A DNA stretch of 64,000 bases from Candidatus Eiseniibacteriota bacterium (GTDB taxonomy: Bacteria; Eisenbacteria; RBG-16-71-46; CAIMUX01; VGJL01): NCBI GenBank assembly GCA_041946735.1, contig JBHGAY010000028.1, positions 1 to 64,000 on the forward strand, read 5' to 3'. Both the position numbers and the translations under genes were made by a program. The notes beneath the pieces were generated by a model. That model was given only the letters and a program-made list of their open reading frames with translations, ran no database searches and was not told the DNA's origin. Numbering within the stretch: the first letter of the stretch is position 1; each line of letters opens with the position of its first letter. Positions 45,274-53,129 of this stretch are shown piece after piece.

Positions 45274-45885
45274 TCAACCGCCGCCGGACGCCTCCGCTGC
45301 CGCTCGTGGAGCGATCGGCACGGCCGGCTCGAACGCGAGCCTTCCGGATCGGAGCAGCCGCCGCGTGCGCTTCTCCGCGAGCACCGCTCCCGCGACCCGG
45401 ACCCGCATCGCCAGCCGGCATCCGGCGATCGCCGCCTCGCGGATCGCCCCGCCGCGGATCCACAGATCGACCCCGTCGAACCGCAGAAGGACGGTCACCG
45501 CGCAGGGGAGGGTATGGACGACGTCGCCGTCGACGAGCAGCTCGATCCGCGGCTTCCAGGACGAGCGCACCGTGTGGGTTCCGAGCGAGACACGAACCGT
45601 GCGGTCCGGCGGATATCTCTTCGGGTCGGTATAGGGAAGCAGAGCCTCGTACTCGCCCCACGCGCTCTTGAGAATCTCCGGCAGCGGGACGTCAAGCAGT
45701 TCGAGCAACGCTTCGGCAACGCGCGCTGCGGCGGTCGGAAGGAACCGTCCGGCCAGCGGGGCCGGCAAGATCCCGCCGAGGACTCCGGGGAGCCGCGTTT
45801 CGAACGCCTCGGCATCGGACGCGATCTGCTTCAGCGCCACGTCCTTCAAGGAGGTCGCCGCCTCATCGCTGGCGGGTGCGCTCAT
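45274..45885 (-). CDS. Hypothetical protein, 203 aa
   Basis: ATGA-coupled to the upstream gene; plausible globular sequence. Confidence 0.65.
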   Translation of the reverse strand: MSAPASDEAATSLKDVALKQIASDAEAFETRLPGVLGGILPAPLAGRFLPTAAARVAEALLELLDVPLPEILKSAWGEYEALLPYTDPKRYPPDRTVRVSLGTHTVRSSWKPRIELLVDGDVVHTLPCAVTVLLRFDGVDLWIRGGAIREAAIAGCRLAMRVRVAGAVLAEKRTRRLLRSGRLAFEPAVPIAPRAAAEASGGG

Positions 45886-47369
45886 GTCGGTCCCCCCATC
45901 GGCTCGAGCGATTCGTGAATCTCCTGTGGCGGCGTGCGCTCCGTGCCGCTCACCTCGTCGCGCCTAGAGCCCCCGGCGATCCGGACGGCAATCTCCAGCA
46001 CGACGCCGATCGGGCTTTCGACCCCACCGAGGATCGCGACCGGCGGAGCCCCTGGGCGCGGGCGTGCCTCGATCGCCGGACTGGGAGGCGGGCGACGATC
46101 GCGATGCGACGCGCGACGGCCACGTCCGAGCCGCGTTGCGACAGCGATCCCGACAAGCGACACCGCGCCAACGAGGAGCAGGCCGACGGCGGTTCTCGCC
46201 CAGACGGGCGGCGCGACGACGATGGCGACGGCCGTGCCCGGATCGACCAGGGTCCCGGCGACCGGATCCTGACCGAGCACCCCGCGCTGCAACGAGAAGA
46301 ACGAGCCGGCCGGGCCGATCCGGACGGCGCCGAGGACGAGCCCGACCCTATCGAGCCGGCGAACCGCTTCCGCCCGATCGAGAGCGAGTAGCGCCGGCAC
46401 GGGCACGCGAACCGTCACCGGCTCCCGCCTCTCGTTGTTCCGCTCGTTCGATTCCCGGATGCGCTTCTGCGGATCGATCACCGCATCGAGGCGATGCATG
46501 CCTGGCGGAGGAGACGGGTCGAATGGCACGCGGATCCAGAGAGCGCCGCCCGCCCCGATCGCGGGCACCGCAGTCGTCGCCCGTCGACCGTCGAGGTCGG
46601 CGAGCAGGCGAGACTCGGGCGCATTCCCCTTCCCCTCGTTCTGGACGAGGACCTCGATCGACTGGCCGCCGGCCGCCGGGCCGGCGCTCACGCGGGCGCC
46701 GCCGATCGCCAGGTCCGGGAGGGGCCGAGGCGGCGCGTACTCGAACTCGAGATCGTCGAGCGCGAACGCGCTCAGGAGCGCCGGCGCATCGTTGCCGCCA
46801 CGCAGGCGAACCTCGACTTCACGGATGACCGCTTCCGGCGTGCGGACGGCGAGCTCGATCCCAATGGGGATCGGGACCGGCGACGGCAGGAAGCGTTGGA
46901 GATCCCGGGCGACCGGCGAGCCCGCCGAGTCCGAGGCGACCATCAGGATCGTGACGGGCCGCGCGAGCGGCGAATCGTAGCCGGCGCGCACGCGGAGGCT
47001 CCGGACCGGGCGATCGAAGGAGATCTGGAACGGGGTATCGCAGAACTCCATCGCGAAGCAGTGAACGATCGCGTTCGGCTCGGATCGCACGAAGTGAGGC
47101 CCCTCGGGAAAGCCCATCACCCGCGGCCCGTTGAAGTGAACGCCGCGGTCCGCATACTGATCGGTCAGCACGAACCCGCTTCGGCTGCCGTCCGGGCCGC
47201 CAGTGATGTCGTCGAACGTGAGGAGGACCGGCTCCGCGTGCGCCCGGCCCGCGACCACCGGCAGCGCCAGCATGAGCAGCGAAAGAGCCGCGAGCAGCCA
47301 CACACTCCACCGCGCCTCGCGTCGCGTCTTGCGCCACAGCTCGCCGCCCGTTCCCCGCCCGCCGATCAT
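45882..47369 (-). CDS. Exported membrane-anchored protein with CARDB and PASTA-like domains, ~495 aa
   Basis: ATG 47369 overlaps the upstream TGA. Signal peptide, CARDB 'LPDLAI...VQNEG...IDPQKRIRESNERNN', PASTA 'VPVPAL...VLGQDPVAGTLV', C-terminal TM helix. Confidence 0.75.
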   Translation of the reverse strand: MIGGRGTGGELWRKTRREARWSVWLLAALSLLMLALPVVAGRAHAEPVLLTFDDITGGPDGSRSGFVLTDQYADRGVHFNGPRVMGFPEGPHFVRSEPNAIVHCFAMEFCDTPFQISFDRPVRSLRVRAGYDSPLARPVTILMVASDSAGSPVARDLQRFLPSPVPIPIGIELAVRTPEAVIREVEVRLRGGNDAPALLSAFALDDLEFEYAPPRPLPDLAIGGARVSAGPAAGGQSIEVLVQNEGKGNAPESRLLADLDGRRATTAVPAIGAGGALWIRVPFDPSPPPGMHRLDAVIDPQKRIRESNERNNERREPVTVRVPVPALLALDRAEAVRRLDRVGLVLGAVRIGPAGSFFSLQRGVLGQDPVAGTLVDPGTAVAIVVAPPVWARTAVGLLLVGAVSLVGIAVATRLGRGRRASHRDRRPPPSPAIEARPRPGAPPVAILGGVESPIGVVLEIAVRIAGGSRRDEVSGTERTPPQEIHESLEPMGGPT

Positions 47370-48172
47370 CCCCTTGGATCTCCTGGAAGGTAGGAGCCGG
47401 TCACCTTCCGATAGGCATCGGAGGTGCGCGGCCCCGGGACTCCGTCGACCTTCACGAAGATCCCGGGGATCGTGTTCAGCCATCGCTGGAGCCCTTCGGC
47501 GCGCGCAACGACCGCGGGATCGGAGGGCAGCGTCTCGGAATAGCGGACAACGAGTGGCGGGGCGTCGGCGGGCGGGGCGGGTCGATCCGCAAACTCGATC
47601 ATCCCCCGTTCCACCATCCGCCTCAGCAGGACCGCGGCCCCGCATTGCTTGGATACGGCGGTGTCCGACCAGGTCCCGTCGGCCACGTACTTGCCGCTCT
47701 GGTAGTGGCGGCATCCCGCCCAGAGGTACGGCGACAAGACGTGGGGATGCTGCAAGCGATACCCCCAGCCGTTGTACGCCTCGAGCTGATAGAGCGTACC
47801 GGCCAGGCTCCAGTCGGTCTGCGCGCTCACTCCTCGCATCCCGAGCGCGTCGGCGGCGCTCTCCTCCCAACGGAAGGGAGGGTTGCCGGCGAGCGGCCTC
47901 CCCGCGGGCACATGGACGGTGCGATGGTCGAGAGGATCGCCGTTGTGGAGATGCTTCGTGAAATCGAGATCCGCTTCGAGGGAGTGCACCGCACCAGCGA
48001 AGAACCAGGGGACCCCGATCCGGGCCGTCGCCGCTTCGTACCGCGCGCGATTCTGCTGCAGCGTGGAGGTGATCGTCTCGATCGCCTGGGCCCGCTCGGG
48101 ACGGACCACGCAGGTCTCGAACAACCTCTCGTACTCGCGGCGCAGCGCTTCGGTGAATGAGACGGTGGGCAT
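47366..48172 (-). CDS. Lysozyme-family (COG5526-like) protein with C-terminal peptidoglycan-binding domain, ~268 aa
   Basis: 'VPWFFAGAVHSLE..LDF..HLHNGDPL', 'LEAYNGWGY', 'SPYLW', 'GKYVADG', and PG-binding 'LQRWLN...VDGVPGPRT'. Confidence 0.85.
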   Translation of the reverse strand: MPTVSFTEALRREYERLFETCVVRPERAQAIETITSTLQQNRARYEAATARIGVPWFFAGAVHSLEADLDFTKHLHNGDPLDHRTVHVPAGRPLAGNPPFRWEESAADALGMRGVSAQTDWSLAGTLYQLEAYNGWGYRLQHPHVLSPYLWAGCRHYQSGKYVADGTWSDTAVSKQCGAAVLLRRMVERGMIEFADRPAPPADAPPLVVRYSETLPSDPAVVARAEGLQRWLNTIPGIFVKVDGVPGPRTSDAYRKVTGSYLPGDPRG

Positions 48173-48352
48173 CCTTGCCCTCCCCGCGGCTCGCTCTCGG
48201 GCGATCGAAGAAAGGTCCTTGGACCAATCGCTTCCTTGGCTGCTCTTCGAAAACCGATGAAGATGGCAGGGAGCCGCGGGGGCCGTCAAGAGACCGATGA
48301 ACGGGGAGCCATAAGGCGCGAACAATGCAATGGCGGACACGGAAGGGGCCGC

Positions 48353-49577
48353 CTCTGGGTGGCCGAGTGCGACGGCCCGGGACATGACGGCGACAGCGGC
48401 AACGCCATCGCGCTCGACGACTCCTCGAACGTCTACGTCACCGGCATCAGCAACAGTTCCGAGACCGGGCTGAACATGGACGTGGTGACCATCAAGTACG
48501 ACTCCGCCGGCGTGCCGCAATGGGTCAGGCGCTACGACTCCCCCGTCCACGGCCGGGACCTCGGCGTCGACATCGCGTGGGACGGCGCCGCCGGCCTCTA
48601 CGTCACCGGCATCGCCGAAGGCTCGGGCGGCGTGCTCTCCGACGCGATCACCTTCCGCTACTCGACCGACGGCCAGCTCGAGTGGACACAGGAGTACGAC
48701 GGGCCGGCTCACGGCCACGACGCCTCGCTCGCCCTGGCGCTCGATCCTCGTGGCGGAGTCGCGATCACCGGCTTCACATCGACGGCCGCGGCCGGCTCCG
48801 ACTACCTGACGATCGACTACGACGCGGCAGGCACTCCCCGCTGGATGGGCACCTACGACGGGCCGGTCTCCGGCTACGACGAGGGTCAGGCGGTGACGGT
48901 CGGTCCGGACGGCAAGGTCTATATGACCGGCTACAGCGACGGTGGGACGGGGCTGGTCAACTACGACTTCGCGACGATTGGCTACGGCACCGACGGGACG
49001 GAGCTATGGACGGTCCGCTATCAGGGACCGGGAGACGACCGAAGGGACGGCGGACGTCGTTGCCTCGCAGCTCGTTTCGCCGGCTCTGCGCGCCTGGGCC
49101 GCCCCCAATCCATTCACCGCGTCCACCTCCATCGACTTCGTTCTCCGGGAAGCCCGCCCGGTCGAGGTGGATCTCTACGATGCGACCGGCCGCCGGGTGC
49201 GCGCCGTCGACGCGGGCACGCTCGCCGCCGGCGAGCACCGGATCGATCTGCCTGGGTCGGGCCTGCCCGCGGGGGTCTACCTGTATCGTGTGCAGGCCGG
49301 GAGTGAACGGGAGAGCGGGCGGCTCGTGCACCGGGCCCCATCCGCTCGCCAGGCACCGCAAGAGGCCCCGCCTTTCGAACCGTCGCGTAGCAGACGGCGT
49401 CCAGGCCGGCGGCTGCACCTGCGCCGCCAGAGACAAACCTGCACATATCTGACGTCGACGCGCCGACGGGCCCCCTCCTCCAAGATCTCTTGGTGCCAGC
49501 GCGCTGACCGGCCTGAACATTGCGGCCCTGGCTTGCGCTCGGCCCACGACGCGCGGCCGCTACCGCGGGCAAAGTGA
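48353..49577 (+). pseudogene. Truncated, frameshifted SBBP beta-propeller gene with C-terminal FlgD/T9SS-like domain (boundaries approximate)
   Basis: About four SBBP repeats ('W..RYDGP...D.G.AIA.D..GNVYVTG') in the 48236 frame, with no signal peptide or clear start. Coding switches near 49040 to the 48942 frame ('APNPFTAST...LYDATGRRV...LPAGVYLYRV'). Confidence 0.7.
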
Positions 49578-49922
49578 AGCGGCGCCCAACGTTCCTCTGG
49601 CTCGCCGAACCTCCGTCCCCTATGCTTACCGCGCATTCGCCGTGGTGGACATACGAGTGGCGCGCTTCGATCCCGTGTTCCTCGTGACCGTTCAAGAGAG
49701 GGAGGTCCGGTGTCTGGTCGTCGCGGCACCATCCCTTGGCAGGACAACCGGCACGAAAGTCTCGTCCGAGCAGTTCGCGGCACCGCGGGGCACGGTGTTT
49801 CGCGTTCCGGCCTGCTAAGGCCCCTTCGAACGTCGCCCCTTCGCCTCTCGCGGCTCCGCTTCGGCTTCCGGCCGGCGCGGCGTCGCTCCGATCGGCCGTT
49901 CCCATCCCTCAGGAGAGATAAC

Positions 49923-51257
49923 GTGAAGAGAGATCCCGTCTCCCGGGTTTCGCTCCCGTCGATTCTGCTGCTGTTGCCGCTCTTCCTGTTCGCGATCGGA
50001 GCGGTTGCTCCCGTTCGCGCCCAGGAGGCGCCGCGTCCCGTTCCCGAAACGACCCTGATCACGCTCGATGCCGATCAGATCGCCCTGACCGAAATTCTCC
50101 AGATCCTGGCGAATCGAGCAGGTCTCAACATCGTGACGAGCCCGGGCGTGCAGGATCGCCGGATCTCGCTCCACCTGAAGAACACGCCGTTCTACGAAGC
50201 GCTGAACCTCGTCGTGCGGGCCGCCGGTCTCGGTTACGAGCGGGTCGGCAACTCGATCCTGGTCGCCGACGTCCAGACGCTCAGCACCGAAACCGGTTTC
50301 GTGACGCGCGTCTTCGATCTCCAGTACGCGAGCGCCCAGGATGCGCAGAAGTTCCTGAACGTGATCAGCCAGGACGTAGAGGCGAACGTCTCCGGGGAGC
50401 AGCTGATCGTCCGCGGAAGCCCGTCCACGATCGAGCAGGTCGCGCAGGCGATCCAGCAGCTCGACCGCAAGCCGGCGCAAATCCTGCTCGAAGCGAGGCT
50501 CATCGAGGTCAACGCGAGCCGCTTGTGGGAGATGGGGATCGACTGGGAGAAGGTCATGAAGTTCTCCACGATCTTCACCGAGGGGGCTGTCGGGTCTTCC
50601 GCCCCGGGCGACCTTCCGGACGAGCTGGACTACGTCCCGGCCGACCAGACGGCCGACATCTACCGGCAGCTGGCCTACGCCCAGGTGGACCTCGACCTGC
50701 TCCTGACCGACGGCGCGGCCCGCCTGCTCTCGAACTCGAAGATCGTGACGCTCAACAACACCTCGGCGGAGATCTTCTCCGGCGAGACGGTGCCGGTGAT
50801 CGTCAGCTCGCTCGCCTCCCCCGCCGGCGGCGGCGGCGTGCTCCAGACGGTGCAAGTGGAGAAGATCGACGTCGGCGTCAAGCTGGTCGTGACGCCGCGC
50901 ATCTCCTCCGATGGCCTGATCACGGTCCTCGTCGAACCCGAGGTCTCCCGGATCATCGCCTTCGTCGGGCCGGCCAGCGACCTGCCCCAGACCTCGACCC
51001 GGCGCGCCCGCTCGCTCGTGCGCGTACACGACGGGGAGAAGATCTTCCTCGGCGGCCTGCTCTCGGACGAGACGCGCAAGACCGTCAAGAAGGTGCCGAT
51101 CCTCGGGCAGATCCCCATCCTCGGCGCACTGTTCCAGCACTATCGCGACGACCACACGCGGCTCGATCTCCTGATCGAGATCACGCCGCACATCGTCGGT
51201 GACACCGGCTCGGCGCTCCCCGACTCCACCCACTTCGGACCGCAGGAAATCAAGTAG
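49923..51257 (+). CDS. Secretin (PilQ/GspD family), ~444 aa
   Basis: GTG start with AGGAG RBS and signal peptide. STN and N domains, 'QILLEARLIEV', 'GVKLVVTPRI', 'KVPILGQIPILGALF'. Confidence 0.92.
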   Translation: MKRDPVSRVSLPSILLLLPLFLFAIGAVAPVRAQEAPRPVPETTLITLDADQIALTEILQILANRAGLNIVTSPGVQDRRISLHLKNTPFYEALNLVVRAAGLGYERVGNSILVADVQTLSTETGFVTRVFDLQYASAQDAQKFLNVISQDVEANVSGEQLIVRGSPSTIEQVAQAIQQLDRKPAQILLEARLIEVNASRLWEMGIDWEKVMKFSTIFTEGAVGSSAPGDLPDELDYVPADQTADIYRQLAYAQVDLDLLLTDGAARLLSNSKIVTLNNTSAEIFSGETVPVIVSSLASPAGGGGVLQTVQVEKIDVGVKLVVTPRISSDGLITVLVEPEVSRIIAFVGPASDLPQTSTRRARSLVRVHDGEKIFLGGLLSDETRKTVKKVPILGQIPILGALFQHYRDDHTRLDLLIEITPHIVGDTGSALPDSTHFGPQEIK

Positions 51258-51259
51258 CC

Positions 51260-52321
51260 ATGCGGGTGGAAGAGCTCCTTCTCGAGGCGGTCCGGCGCAA
51301 GGCGTCCGACGTCCTGATCTCCGCCGGAACCGCGGTCCATTACCACGTCTTCGGGCGGATGGAGAGGAGCGAGGACGGCAAGATCCTGACGACGGAGGAG
51401 AGCGAGGATCTGGTCTACCAGCTCCTCACGCCGCTCCAGAAGAAGGAGTTCGAGCAGACGCTCGAGCTGGACCTCTCCTTCCATCTGAAGGACGTCTCCC
51501 GCTTCCGCGTCTCGGTGCTCCGCCAGAAAGGCGCGGTGGGAGCGGTCATGCGTCTCGTGCCCCTCGCCATCCCGCGCTACACGGACCTGGGGATTCCCGA
51601 GCGGCTGCTGCTGCAGATCGTCAACACGCCGAACGGCTTGATCCTCGTGACCGGACCGACCGGCGCCGGGAAGTCCTCGACCGTCGCCGCCATCCTGAAC
51701 TGGATGAACACCGAATCGGAGTACCCGAAGCACATCATCACGATCGAGGACCCGATCGAGTTTCTCTTTCCGCCGCGCGTCTGCGTCGTCGATCAGCGCG
51801 AGATCGGGCCCGACACGAAGAGCTACGTGAACGGCCTGCGCAGCGCCTTGCGCCAGATGCCGCACATCATCTTCGTCGGCGAAATGCGTGACCGCGAGAC
51901 GATGGAGATCGCGCTCACGGCGGCCGAGACCGGAAACCTCGTGATCAGCACGCTGTCCACGCAGTCGGCGTCGAAGACGATCAACCGGATCATCGACGTC
52001 TTCCCGATCGAGGATCAGGCCGAGATCCGCGCGCGTCTGGCGCTCACCTTGAAGGTGATCGTCTCGCAGGTGCTCCTGCGGCGTCAGGACGTCGAGGGCC
52101 GGGTGGCGGCACGCGAGGTGCTCTTCGTCGATAGCCCGGTCGCGAATCTGATCCGCGAGGGAAAGATCCACCAGGTCGACAACGTGATTTCCGCCAGCGG
52201 CGCGCGCGGCATGGTCCTGCTCGACGACTCGCTGATCGAGCTCTACCAGCAGGGCATCGTGTCGAAGGCGGACGTCCTGTCGAGAATCCAGGACGCGGAG
52301 AAGATGCGGCGGCTCGGTTGA
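51260..52321 (+). CDS. pilT: PilT/PilU family type IV pilus retraction ATPase-like protein, 353 aa
   Basis: Walker A GPTGAGKS, Asp box 'TIEDPIE', Walker B 'IIFVGEMRD' and 'VANLIRE'. The His box is degenerate (TGNLVISTLST). Confidence 0.85.
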   Translation: MRVEELLLEAVRRKASDVLISAGTAVHYHVFGRMERSEDGKILTTEESEDLVYQLLTPLQKKEFEQTLELDLSFHLKDVSRFRVSVLRQKGAVGAVMRLVPLAIPRYTDLGIPERLLLQIVNTPNGLILVTGPTGAGKSSTVAAILNWMNTESEYPKHIITIEDPIEFLFPPRVCVVDQREIGPDTKSYVNGLRSALRQMPHIIFVGEMRDRETMEIALTAAETGNLVISTLSTQSASKTINRIIDVFPIEDQAEIRARLALTLKVIVSQVLLRRQDVEGRVAAREVLFVDSPVANLIREGKIHQVDNVISASGARGMVLLDDSLIELYQQGIVSKADVLSRIQDAEKMRRLG

Positions 52322-52342
52322 GCCCGAGCGCGGGAGACGAAG

Positions 52343-53083
52343 ATGATTCACACGACCGTTCTCGCCCGTCGCCAGTTGAACGATCTCATCGAGCGATGGG
52401 TCGAATACCGGGAAATGATCGAGCGGTACGAGGGAAAGCCCGAGGCGACGGAGGAGCAGGAGCGCGCGCTGCTGGCGCTGGAGGCGCGCATCGCGAGCCG
52501 GCTGCCTCTGCTGCTGAAGAGCGTCCCGTCCGAGGTGGCGCAGGAGGCGCGCAGCCAGATGGGCGGGATGCGCGAGCTGTTGACCCGCCATCGCACCCTG
52601 CGCACCGCGGAAGTGCCGGCGAACGTGCGCGAGATGTTCCTCCGCTCCTGGCACGTCCATTATCTCTTCCTCAACCAGCTGAAGGGACTGCCGCTCGGGG
52701 GTGGGAAGTCCGGCAATCTCACGCCGCCGCCGCGCTCCACGCCCGGACCGCTCTCCGGGCTTCCCCGCCATCTGGGCGGTGGCGGATGGCTGCCGGTGCT
52801 GTTCTCGTGGATCGTGCGTCTCGGGATCCTCGCGCTCATCGTCTTCGTGATCGTGAGGGTGCTCGGCGTCCATCGCGGCGAGGATGGACGCCTGGCCCTG
52901 CAGCAAGCCGGAGAGGGCGGAGACTACACGGAGCGGCTGCGCACCGCCGTCCAGTCGCTGTGGGGCGGCGCCACGGGCTGGCTGCAGCCGGTCACGGCGA
53001 CGTACGGGCTCGTCGTGACGCTGATCCTGGTCGGAATACTGCTCACATCGCTGATCTACTTCGTATTCGTCCGAACCCGATAG
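52343..53083 (+). CDS. Hypothetical membrane protein (helical N-domain, two C-terminal TM segments), 246 aa
   Basis: Operon position and two hydrophobic segments. Confidence 0.75.
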   Translation: MIHTTVLARRQLNDLIERWVEYREMIERYEGKPEATEEQERALLALEARIASRLPLLLKSVPSEVAQEARSQMGGMRELLTRHRTLRTAEVPANVREMFLRSWHVHYLFLNQLKGLPLGGGKSGNLTPPPRSTPGPLSGLPRHLGGGGWLPVLFSWIVRLGILALIVFVIVRVLGVHRGEDGRLALQQAGEGGDYTERLRTAVQSLWGGATGWLQPVTATYGLVVTLILVGILLTSLIYFVFVRTR

Positions 53084-53129
53084 CCGTGCAGTTCGAGACA
53101 GCGGCCGCGGACGCGGCCTGGGGAGAGCC

